From Burkholderiales bacterium (lineage in GTDB: Bacteria; Pseudomonadota; Gammaproteobacteria; Burkholderiales; SG8-41): a stretch of DNA of 49,734 nt. Positions 38,192 through 46,337 of the stretch are shown here, piece after piece. How positions within the stretch are numbered: position 1 is the stretch's first letter; every line of letters starts with the position of its first letter. A program made the position numbers and the translations under genes. Under the pieces are notes generated by a model. The model was not told the origin of the DNA, made no database searches, and worked only from the letters and a program-made list of their open reading frames with translations. The DNA is taken from positions 1 to 49,734 of the forward strand of contig JBKJKJ010000415.1 of assembly GCA_046597455.1 (NCBI GenBank), given 5' to 3'.

Positions 38192-39244
38192 ATGCATTCG
38201 ACTGTGATTCTTACAGGTGACGTCAACCTGATGGGCGTCGATGACCCCGCCGTGCCGTTCAGGCGGGTGGCTGATACGCTGCGTGAGGCCGACGTCGTGT
38301 TCGGCAATCTCGAGTGCTCTCTGTACGAGCCGCCCACGCCCCGCCGGATGATGCCGGACGAGCTTTCGGGCTACGAGGGTTTCTACGCGCCGCCCGCGGC
38401 CGGAAAGGCGCTGGTGCTCGGCGGCTTTCACTGCGTGGGCAACGCGAACAACCAGAACTACGGTCCTGAGCCGATCATGGCGTCCAATGCGGTACTCGAC
38501 GCGCTCGGCATTGCCCACGTCGGCGCCGGCGCGAATCGCAGTGAGGCGCGGCAACCGGCCGTGATCACTCGAAATGGCACGCGCTTCGGTTTCCTCCAGC
38601 GCACCTCCCAATACTGGCCCAACAACCATGAAGCGCTGGAGGCACGCGCAGGCGTGGCGGTGATCAAGGCCTATACGGCCTATCAGCCGGTGTACTACAA
38701 GGATGGCACGCTACCCCCGAACCGTCCGGGCACGCCGCCCAAGATCCTGACCTGGTGCGATCGCGATTACCTGGACCAGTTCAGGGCGGACGTGAGCGCG
38801 CTCAAAGCGCAGTCGGACATCGTCGTGTCCTCGCATCACATGGGGCATCGGGGGCCGATCCTCGACTTCCAGGTCGAGATCGCACACACCGCCATCGATT
38901 CCGGGGCCGACGTTGTGATGGCGCACGCCGAGCATTACCCCCTGGCGATCGAGATCTATAAAGGCAAACCCATCTTTTATGGACTGAGCAGCTTTTGTTT
39001 CATCAAGAGCAACAAGCGCTACCTCAAGGGGTGGGTCGGCGTCGTGCCGCGCCTCGCCTTCGAAGACCACAAGCTCGCGAAAATCGGTTTTTCGCTCGTG
39101 CGGCAGAACGATGCGACGGAGGTGGAGTTCAGGCCCCTGTCGGAGGAAGGCCCGGCCATTGCCGACATTCAGAAGATGTCGAAGCGGTTCAACACTAAGC
39201 TGCGCACAGCCGGCGACGAGGTGATCGTCAGCCAAGCCGCGTGA
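38192..39244 (+). CDS. CapA/PgsA-family protein (second copy, divergent motifs)
   Basis: LTGDVN, ADVVFGNLE, ANNQ, HVGAGAN..EARQP, GADVVMAHAEH, IEIYKGKPIFYGL. Confidence 0.85.
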   Translation: MHSTVILTGDVNLMGVDDPAVPFRRVADTLREADVVFGNLECSLYEPPTPRRMMPDELSGYEGFYAPPAAGKALVLGGFHCVGNANNQNYGPEPIMASNAVLDALGIAHVGAGANRSEARQPAVITRNGTRFGFLQRTSQYWPNNHEALEARAGVAVIKAYTAYQPVYYKDGTLPPNRPGTPPKILTWCDRDYLDQFRADVSALKAQSDIVVSSHHMGHRGPILDFQVEIAHTAIDSGADVVMAHAEHYPLAIEIYKGKPIFYGLSSFCFIKSNKRYLKGWVGVVPRLAFEDHKLAKIGFSLVRQNDATEVEFRPLSEEGPAIADIQKMSKRFNTKLRTAGDEVIVSQAA

Positions 39245-39336
39245 GCGGAGCGCTCGGCGCACCGCACCGTAGGATTCCAAGGCGCGTGACAAACTGCCGT
39301 GCCTCGCGTGCGCATAGCGTCTAAGCTCGGCTTTCG

Positions 39337-39424
39337 AATCGAAAGGGCAAACCCGACCGAAAGGAGGGGGCGCAAAGTCACCGGCCTAAAGAGCTCGGCT
39401 CCATGGCAGCGGAACCGCCGAAAT
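39337..39424 (+). ncRNA. c-di-GMP-I (GEMM-I) riboswitch aptamer
   Basis: TCG-AAAGGGCAAACCC-GACC-GAAA-GG-AGGG-GGCGCAAAG-TCACCGG-CCTAAA-GAGC/GCTC-CATGG-CAGCGG-AACCGCCGA: GGCAAA, GAAA tetraloop, GCAAAG and CCUAA..AUGG receptor in the GEMM order. Confidence 0.88.
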
Positions 39425-39518
39425 CAGCGCGCTGCACGTGCGCGTGCTCTGCTGTTCGCGCAGCGTTCCCGGCGATTGCACGGTCCCTTCGACCGAGATA
39501 ACCAGCTGTGGAGGCGCA

Positions 39519-39797
39519 ATGCGCAATCCCCCGGATGCAAAGGCGGGCACGAATACGTCGCTACTGGACGAGTCCGGCCCTGTGACGCAACGCGCGCCGT
39601 CGACCGACTACTTCGCGTTTTATCAGGCACGCGGGAGGTGGGCATGGCGCCGAGTCGATCAGACAGGGGATCTGGTCGAGTCTGCAACCGGCAGCTTCGA
39701 CGATTACGCGCAATGCGTCGCCGACGCGCGGGCACACGGCTGGGAGGGCAATCCGCTCGATGAGTTGCCGGCGCTGAGCTCCTCGACGGCGAGGTAG
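39519..39797 (+). CDS. Small hypothetical protein (YegP/DUF1508-like pattern) downstream of the riboswitch
   Basis: GGAGG RBS; FAFYQARGRWAWRRVDQTGDLVES...F..YAQCVADARAHG. Confidence 0.7.
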   Translation: MRNPPDAKAGTNTSLLDESGPVTQRAPSTDYFAFYQARGRWAWRRVDQTGDLVESATGSFDDYAQCVADARAHGWEGNPLDELPALSSSTAR

Positions 39798-39831
39798 TTC
39801 CGCGCGGTCCTCACGGTATCGCCCGGAAGAT

Positions 39832-40173
39832 CTACGGCAGCTCGAGCTTTGCCGCGACAGCCGCGGAGGCGATCACGATGGGATCGTGACCCTCTTCGCG
39901 CGGCACGTCCAGGCCGCCCTTGACGACCTTGACCGTCACTTGCCCGCGCGGCAGGCTGGCTTTCACCGTTGCAGCATCCACGCGGTCGGGCTGCTGCACG
40001 CCGATCGTGACTTCCACCTGCATCGCCTTCGAATCGAGCCCGAGTGAGCTGATCACGCTCAGGGACGAGTGGTGGAGTGCGTCCTGCACCGCACGCAGCG
40101 CGGCCTTGGTGTAGTCCCCGCCGTGCAGATCGTTGCCGGTGCCCATCTCGAGTATGACGCGTTTCAATGGCAT
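39832..40173 (-). CDS. Lin0512 family protein
   Basis: KRVILEMGTGNDLHGGDYTKAALRAVQDAL.H.S, V.VVKGGL. Confidence 0.9.
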   Translation of the reverse strand: MPLKRVILEMGTGNDLHGGDYTKAALRAVQDALHHSSLSVISSLGLDSKAMQVEVTIGVQQPDRVDAATVKASLPRGQVTVKVVKGGLDVPREEGHDPIVIASAAVAAKLELP

Positions 40174-40186
40174 GTTGTCGACCCCC

Positions 40187-40528
40187 TCAGGCGATGTCGA
40201 GGCGCACGATTGCCGCAGCATTGGCAATCACGGTCGAGCTCGTGCCCGCATCGTTGAATATCTCGAGCCCGCCTTCGACCACCATGACCGTCCCGGTGCC
40301 GTGCGGCAAAACGGCCAGGATCTCGGCCGTGTTCACCCGCTCCGGTTTGGGCACGCCGATCAGGACTTCAACCACCATCGAATCTGTCGGCTTACCCAGC
40401 GCGTCGGCGACGTTGAGCGAGTTGTGCCACAGCGCGTCGCGCAATGCGCGCACAGCGGCCTTGGTGTAATCGGCGCCCCGTATGTCGGTGCCCATGCCGA
40501 TTTCGACTACCACGCGTTTCATGGCCAT
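40187..40528 (-). CDS. Lin0512 family protein
   Basis: KRVVVEIGMGTDIRGADYTKAAVRALRDAL.HNS, LPHG...V.VVEGGL. Confidence 0.9.
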   Translation of the reverse strand: MAMKRVVVEIGMGTDIRGADYTKAAVRALRDALWHNSLNVADALGKPTDSMVVEVLIGVPKPERVNTAEILAVLPHGTGTVMVVEGGLEIFNDAGTSSTVIANAAAIVRLDIA

Positions 40529-40693
40529 CTTGAAATCCTTTCGCTGGTGCTGAATGCACACGCACGGTTCCCGATGTAACCCATCGAGTAGAGCGCCGCG
40601 GTTGATGCTACAGTAAATGCCACGCTCAGCGCCACGTCCTCGTCGGCCGACAACGCATAACGCTGCGACCGATACTGCACAAGGAGGAACAGA

Positions 40694-41881
40694 ATGCGGA
40701 GCAACAGTATGGAACGCGAGTCAGCGCGCGGTGGCTGGAAGTCATGGGCTGCTCATCTTCGTGGCGCGCCCGGTACGTTGTTTCTGGTCGCGGGAGCGAC
40801 CATCGTGTGTGCACTCGGGCAATGGCTGGTCTGCACAACCGCCGCAGCGCAGCCTTCCCCGGCGCAGAGCCGCAGCCTTCCGATGTTCGAGGTCGATCCG
40901 GCGTGGCCGCAGGTGCCTTCGAAATGGAAGCTCGGCGATGCGTCGAGCATAGCCATCGATGCGCAGGACAACGTCTGGGTCCTCCATCGTCCGCGCACCC
41001 TCAAGCCGGACGCCGCCGCGATGGCTGCGCCGCCGATCGTCGTATTCGACCCCTCGGGTAAATTCGTGAAGGCGTGGGGCGGCGCGGGCAAGGGATACGA
41101 TTGGCCCGAGCGCGAGCACGGCATTCATATCGACCACAAAGGCTATGTGTGGCTCGGCGGCAACCACTGCCCGACTTCAACGATCGCTGGCCTCAAGCCG
41201 GTAGCGGACGACGCACTGCTCAAGTTCAGGCAGGACGGCACGTTCGTCATGCAGATCGGCAGGAGCAACCAGAGCAAAGGCGACACGGACACCGCCAACG
41301 TGCATCGCGCCGCGGACGCGTGGGTCTATGCGCGCACGAACGAATTGTTCGTCGCCGACGGCTACGGCAATCACCGCGTCATTGTCTTCGATGCGGACAC
41401 CGGGGCGTTCAAGCGGACGTGGGGCGCTTTCGGCAAGCCGCCGGGCGGCGTGGACAGTTGCGCCGTTCAGGGGCCGAAGAGTTTCCCCGAAGGCGAAGGC
41501 CCACCGGACTACAACGTCGTGCACGCCATCCGCGTATCCAGCGACGGCATGGTGTACGTGGCCGACCGCGAGAACCGGCGACTGCAGATGTTCACTGCCG
41601 AAGGAAAATTCCTGAAGCAACTGGTCAGGACCGACATGCCATTTGCACGGGATCTCGCGTTCTCGCCCGACCGCGAGCAGCAATTCCTGTACGTCGGGGG
41701 CGGCAAGGGGATCGTGATCGTCGAGCCCAAGACGCTCGAAGTCATCGGCACGATTCAGGTACCCGGGCAGCTGGGCCCCGGTCACCACATCGCCACCGAT
41801 TCCAAAGGCAATATCTATATTGCGCAGACCAGCGCGGGCTTGCAGAAGCTCGTATTAAGGGGCATGACGCCGCTTCGATGA
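40694..41881 (+). CDS. NHL-repeat beta-propeller protein (peptidyl-alpha-hydroxyglycine lyase-like)
   Basis: FEVDPAWP, IAIDAQDNVWVLHR, EHGIHID, FVADGYGNHRVIVFD, VYVADRENRRLQ, HHIATDSKGNIY; start uncertain. Confidence 0.85.
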   Translation: MRSNSMERESARGGWKSWAAHLRGAPGTLFLVAGATIVCALGQWLVCTTAAAQPSPAQSRSLPMFEVDPAWPQVPSKWKLGDASSIAIDAQDNVWVLHRPRTLKPDAAAMAAPPIVVFDPSGKFVKAWGGAGKGYDWPEREHGIHIDHKGYVWLGGNHCPTSTIAGLKPVADDALLKFRQDGTFVMQIGRSNQSKGDTDTANVHRAADAWVYARTNELFVADGYGNHRVIVFDADTGAFKRTWGAFGKPPGGVDSCAVQGPKSFPEGEGPPDYNVVHAIRVSSDGMVYVADRENRRLQMFTAEGKFLKQLVRTDMPFARDLAFSPDREQQFLYVGGGKGIVIVEPKTLEVIGTIQVPGQLGPGHHIATDSKGNIYIAQTSAGLQKLVLRGMTPLR

Positions 41882-41895
41882 AGTGAACGGCGTCG

Positions 41896-42807
41896 TCAGG
41901 CGTGCTGGACGATCTCGGCGGCGCGGGAAATCGGAATCGCCGGTGCGCCTGCGGTCAGCGTCGTGCGCCGCAGGTCGCGCGGATATTTCAGATCCTCAAA
42001 CGACCGCGCGCGGTGCATGGTCGCCTGGTTGTCCCACATCACGAGGTCACCCACGCGCCACCGGTGCCGATAGACGAGCTCGCGCTGTGTCGCGTGTTCG
42101 GTCAGCTCGCGCAGCAGCATCAGCGCTTCCGGAACCGGCCAGCCGACGATGCGCCCGGCGTGCGACGAAAGGAACAGTGACTGCCGTCCGCTGCGCGGAT
42201 GAATGCGCACGAGCGGCTGGCGCACCGGCGCGAAGTCACGCATTTCCTGTTCGGTAAACGTGAAACCCAGCGCGCCTTTGGAGAAAATGCGACTGTGCTC
42301 GGTGACGAGATCCCTGACCTTGGCCTTGAGCCTGGGCTCGAGGGTGTCCCATGCCGCGCGCATGTCGGCGAACTCGGTGTCTCCGCCGTCGGGCGGAATG
42401 ACGTGGGCGCAAAGGGCCGAATACCGGGCGGGAATGGTCTTGTAACTGCTGTCGCTGTGCCAGAGCTGGTTGCCCATGGTGTTGAACATGCGCTTGCGGT
42501 CGTCGCGCGGGAGGATCTTGTCGCCCGGCGCGAGATTCGAAATATCGGAGAGCGCCGGATTGTCGAACCTCGCTCCTTCTTCAGCATGGATTTTGCGGTA
42601 GGGCGCTTCGAGCTCGCCGAGGCTGCGGGTAAACGCGAGCTGCTGCTCGGTGGTGAGCGCGATGCCGCGGCGAAACACCACAACCGCGTAGCGGTCCATC
42701 GCGTCGTGTATGGCCTCCGCGGTAGCGGGGGTGATCGGCTCACCGATGTCGACGCACGAGCATTCGGCGGCGAAGACGGGATGGAGCGGCGTGAAGGTCG
42801 GGCTCAT
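41896..42807 (-). CDS. TfdA-like Fe(II)/2-oxoglutarate dioxygenase
   Basis: DISNL, GNQLWHSDSSY, GGDTEFADMRAAW, LSSHA, WDNQATMHR, DLRRTT. Confidence 0.92.
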   Translation of the reverse strand: MSPTFTPLHPVFAAECSCVDIGEPITPATAEAIHDAMDRYAVVVFRRGIALTTEQQLAFTRSLGELEAPYRKIHAEEGARFDNPALSDISNLAPGDKILPRDDRKRMFNTMGNQLWHSDSSYKTIPARYSALCAHVIPPDGGDTEFADMRAAWDTLEPRLKAKVRDLVTEHSRIFSKGALGFTFTEQEMRDFAPVRQPLVRIHPRSGRQSLFLSSHAGRIVGWPVPEALMLLRELTEHATQRELVYRHRWRVGDLVMWDNQATMHRARSFEDLKYPRDLRRTTLTAGAPAIPISRAAEIVQHA

Positions 42808-42830
42808 GGCGCGTCGTGTCTCCTGATCCA

Positions 42831-42865
42831 GCAGCCTGTCGGACTCATCAGTCGGGACAGGCTGC
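42831..42865. repeat. Hairpin made of the same terminal repeat as the 92-316 element
   Basis: GCAGCCTGTC (42831-42840)/GACAGGCTGC (42856-42865); GCAGCCTGTCGGACT (42831-42845) equals the reverse complement of 299-313. Confidence 0.7.
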
Positions 42866-42997
42866 CACCCTTGGTTTGATCCCGAGGCTGCGACCCTTTT
42901 TACCGCACGCATCTCCAAAAGTCGAGCGACCGCATGGCGGCTTTTCCCGAGGCTGAAAACCACGGCACGACGTTACAGGCCGCGCGAGCCCCGCCCC

Positions 42998-44200
42998 TCA
43001 CGAACCCTTCAGGCTCTCCGGGCCGAAAGGATGAGGCAGCAGCTCGGGAAGCGTCATCACGCGTTCCACGCCCTCGCCGGATGCGAGGTGGATCCGGGCG
43101 TTGCGCGCGAGCTCGTGCATCACCTGCCGGCATGCGCCGCACGGCGTCGTGAGGATCACGCCTTCGGTGTAGACCGTGATCTCGCGGATATCGTAAAAAC
43201 CGGCCGCCACGGCGGCAGCGATGGCATTGCGTTCGGCACACATGGTCGATCCGGTCGCGGCGTTCTCGACGTTACAGCCGGAGAAAATCCGGGATACCGA
43301 GTCTTTCATCGCGAGCACCGATGCCCCTACGCTGAATCCCGAATACGGCGCGTAGGCGTTGTCGCGCGCGGCGCGTGCTGCTGAAACCAGTGCGGGGACC
43401 GATGCGAGGGCAGGTGCAGACGGGGGCGCTGCGGCGATCGCCTCTGGCGCCGGTGCGCGCTGTTTCGCCAGTCGCCAGCGTACGAAAATCGGCAGCATGA
43501 CCGTGCAGAACAGAACTGCACCGATCGCGATCACGGTCGCCGCGACGACGTTCGAATACCACGTGCTCGTCATCCAGTTGGCGGTGACGTCTTCGTTCAG
43601 GTGCACGTAGATGTACCACGGCAGCAGTCCCGCCACGGCGGCGAGCCAGTAGAAAATGCTGATCCACACCACAGCGCCGGTGTGGCGGATCGCCGCCAGC
43701 ATGTCGTGGTGAATATAAGGCGGCCAGTTGGCGCGTGCGGCGCGTTTCAGCTCGCCTTCGAACGCGTACCCCGCGTAGAAAATAGCGCTGAGCAACTGGT
43801 GATAGACCTTCGCGTCGATCAGCCAGATGAGCAGCGTGCCGAGCGTGGCGAGGAGCCCGATGCCGAGTATGAGGAGACTCACGCGCCGCACGTGCGCGAG
43901 CGAGGCTCTGGGCTCTTCGGGGGACACCGACTGCGACTGTGGCGGGGGCTCGATGCCGCGCTGCAGGCCAGGCGGCATCTGGGCCGCTGCCGCCTGGGCG
44001 GCGCGCGCCTCATGGGCCGCCTTGACCGCCGGATCCGGGCTGGTCATGAAATAGCCGATCGCGGCATAGGCAGCAAGGAGCAGGGTGATGGCGAGCTGAC
44101 GGTACTTGAACTGGAGCTCGTTGAAGTCGCGGCAGGCCTTGGCGATATCCGATATCGCCATCCAGGCCTGCTCGTAGGTCAGGCGCGCGCGATCGCTCAT
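42998..44200 (-). CDS. 4-TM membrane protein fused to a C-terminal cytidine deaminase domain
   Basis: GGGAG RBS; four hydrophobic helices, a Pro/Ala linker, then AYAPYSGF.VGA, GCNVENA, CAER, PCGACRQ, LLPHPF of homotetrameric Cdd (domain about 42998-43393). Confidence 0.85.
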   Translation of the reverse strand: MSDRARLTYEQAWMAISDIAKACRDFNELQFKYRQLAITLLLAAYAAIGYFMTSPDPAVKAAHEARAAQAAAAQMPPGLQRGIEPPPQSQSVSPEEPRASLAHVRRVSLLILGIGLLATLGTLLIWLIDAKVYHQLLSAIFYAGYAFEGELKRAARANWPPYIHHDMLAAIRHTGAVVWISIFYWLAAVAGLLPWYIYVHLNEDVTANWMTSTWYSNVVAATVIAIGAVLFCTVMLPIFVRWRLAKQRAPAPEAIAAAPPSAPALASVPALVSAARAARDNAYAPYSGFSVGASVLAMKDSVSRIFSGCNVENAATGSTMCAERNAIAAAVAAGFYDIREITVYTEGVILTTPCGACRQVMHELARNARIHLASGEGVERVMTLPELLPHPFGPESLKGS

Positions 44201-44235
44201 GGCGTCTCCCTTTGCTCAGGACGCAGCTTAGCCGA

Positions 44236-44327
44236 ATCGATCGGTGTGCGGCGAGCCGGACCGCGAGGCGTGCCTCATACGCGCGGTCTGCGTGTTGCGA
44301 CCCGCAGACCGCGCGCGCCCGATCGAT
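44236..44327. repeat. Nested inverted repeats in a divergent intergenic region
   Basis: CGCGCGGTCTGCG (44280-44292)/CGCAGACCGCGCG (44303-44315), and ATCGATCGG (44236-44244)/CCGATCGAT (44319-44327). Confidence 0.7.
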
Positions 44328-44389
44328 CGACAATTCGTTTCTGCATTAACATAAACTGCACTCGACCATGGAAAACGGGGAGGCGTTGC

Positions 44390-45121
44390 ATGGGGCTCCT
44401 GGAGGGGAAGACCGTCGTCATGACGGGCGGGGGCGGCGGGCTGGGACGCGCCTATGGTCTTGCGCTCGCGCACGCCGGCGCCGCCATCGCGGTATCGGAC
44501 ATCGACCTCGAAGCTGCAGGCGCGACTGCGCAGGCCATCATCGCAGCAGGCGGCAAGGCGATTGCCGTTCAGGCGGACGTGACGCAGGCGGCTGCATTCG
44601 AGCGTCTGTTCGATCGCGCCGAAGCCGAGCTCGGCGCGCTCGACGTATTACTGAACCTCGCCGGCACCTTTCCCAAGAACGCGCTCGCCGATCTGCCGGA
44701 GGCGGAGTGGGACGCGGTCATGACGCTCAATCTGAATAGCGTATTCCTGGGCTCGCGCGCTGCGGTGAGACGGATGGTTCCGCGCAGGCGGGGCATCATC
44801 GTAAGCGCGGCGTCCGGCACTGCGGCCCGGGGCGTACCCCGAGGCTCGGCTTACACCGCATCCAAGGCAGGCATCATCAGTTTTACGCGCTCGGTGGCGC
44901 TCGAGTTGAAGGATACCGGTGTGCGAATCAACTGTTTCGCGCCCGGTCCGACCGACACGGCGCTGTGGCGCGAAGGCCGGAGCGAAGCGGACATCGAGCG
45001 CGTGGTGTCCTCGCGCCTCGTCTATCAACCCGATGAATTTTCCAGCGTGGTCGTTTTTCTCGCGAGTGACCTGTCGGCGCCGCTCAACGGCGAATTCATC
45101 AATCGCGATCTGGTCCGCTGA
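44390..45121 (+). CDS. Short-chain dehydrogenase/reductase
   Basis: TGGGGGLG, NLAG, YTASK (YxxxK), RINCFAPG; GGAGG RBS. Confidence 0.93.
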   Translation: MGLLEGKTVVMTGGGGGLGRAYGLALAHAGAAIAVSDIDLEAAGATAQAIIAAGGKAIAVQADVTQAAAFERLFDRAEAELGALDVLLNLAGTFPKNALADLPEAEWDAVMTLNLNSVFLGSRAAVRRMVPRRRGIIVSAASGTAARGVPRGSAYTASKAGIISFTRSVALELKDTGVRINCFAPGPTDTALWREGRSEADIERVVSSRLVYQPDEFSSVVVFLASDLSAPLNGEFINRDLVR

Positions 45122-45144
45122 ACACATCCACAGGAGAACGCGAA

Positions 45145-46272
45145 ATGCGACTCGGTTATTTCACGATGCCCATGCACCCGCAGGAACGCAGTCCGACCGA
45201 TACGCTGCAGGAAGACCGTGAGGCGATCATTCTCGCGGACAAGCTCGGTTTTCACGATGCGTTCGTGGGCGAGCACCTGACCGAAAAAACCGAGAACATC
45301 ACCAACAGCATGCTCTTCCTCGCCACGCTGATTTCCGACACCCGGAATATCAGGCTCGCGACGGGCACGAGCAACCTGTCCCAGTGGCACCCGGTCATGA
45401 TTGCCTCGCACGCCGCGATGTTCGACCATCTCGCGAAAGGCCGCTTCATCTTCGGCATCAGCGCAGGCGCCTTGCGGTGCGACGCGGAAGCGCTGGGCAC
45501 GCTCAAGGAAGATCGCCAGAAGATGTTCGTCGACTGCATCGACGTGATCCTGAAGATCTGGGAGGGCGAGTCGCCCTACGATATCGACCTGCCTGACAAT
45601 CGATACAAGGTGACGACGGCCACCCAGCGCAATCTCGAAATCGGGCGCGGCCATCTCTACAAGCCGTACCAGCAGCCGCGGCCTGAAATCGTCGGCACGG
45701 TGGTCGCGCCGTTCTCCAAAGGTGTGATCGCGATGGGCGAGAAAGACTTCCATCCGCTTTCCGCGAATTTCCTCCTTTCGAAATGGCTGCCGAGCCACTG
45801 GGCGAATTACTCCGAGGGCCAGCGCAAGGCCGGCCGGACGCCGGATGCGAAAGACTGGCGGATCGCCCGCACGATTTTCGTCGCCGACGACGAGAACGTG
45901 GCGCGCCGTTATGCGCGGGACGATGCGGCGAGCCCATACCGCTTCTACTGGAAGATGCTGTACACCAAGATGACGCTCGGTGGGCGGCAGGGCGTATTCA
46001 AGACGGACAGGGAGCAGCCCGATTCCGAGCTGACCGAAGACTACATCCTCGACCGTCTGGTGATCCACGGCACCGTCGACAAGGTGGTCGACGAGATTCT
46101 CAGGCTGCGCGAGGAGGCCGGCGATTTCGGCGAGCTCGTCTACGCCGGCATGGACTGGGTCGATCCCGGGCTCGCGCGGCGCTCGATGGAGCTGATGGCG
46201 AACGAAGTCATGCCGCGCGTCAATGCGGCGATCGGGAGCGCGCAGAGCAGGAAGACGGCCGTCGCCGGATGA
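45145..46272 (+). CDS. LLM-class (luciferase-like) flavin-dependent monooxygenase
   Basis: ADKLGF..AFVGEH, IRLATG, HP..IA...A.FDHL.KGRFIFG, KPYQQPRP, EVMP. Confidence 0.92.
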   Translation: MRLGYFTMPMHPQERSPTDTLQEDREAIILADKLGFHDAFVGEHLTEKTENITNSMLFLATLISDTRNIRLATGTSNLSQWHPVMIASHAAMFDHLAKGRFIFGISAGALRCDAEALGTLKEDRQKMFVDCIDVILKIWEGESPYDIDLPDNRYKVTTATQRNLEIGRGHLYKPYQQPRPEIVGTVVAPFSKGVIAMGEKDFHPLSANFLLSKWLPSHWANYSEGQRKAGRTPDAKDWRIARTIFVADDENVARRYARDDAASPYRFYWKMLYTKMTLGGRQGVFKTDREQPDSELTEDYILDRLVIHGTVDKVVDEILRLREEAGDFGELVYAGMDWVDPGLARRSMELMANEVMPRVNAAIGSAQSRKTAVAG

Positions 46273-46337
46273 AACCGGACCCGGATCGCTGGTGCGATGC
46301 GGGATCCTGAATGCCGACTTCTCACGGAGAAATGCTC

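Noticed and set aside
39337-39424. 3',3'-cGAMP (GEMM-Ib) riboswitch variant
   Set aside because: The position aligned by eye to Vc2 G20 is G, not A
43601-44389. Apparent long N-terminal extension of the SDR (506-aa ORF)
   Set aside because: Antisense to the deaminase fusion gene; the SDR starts at 44390 after GGAGG
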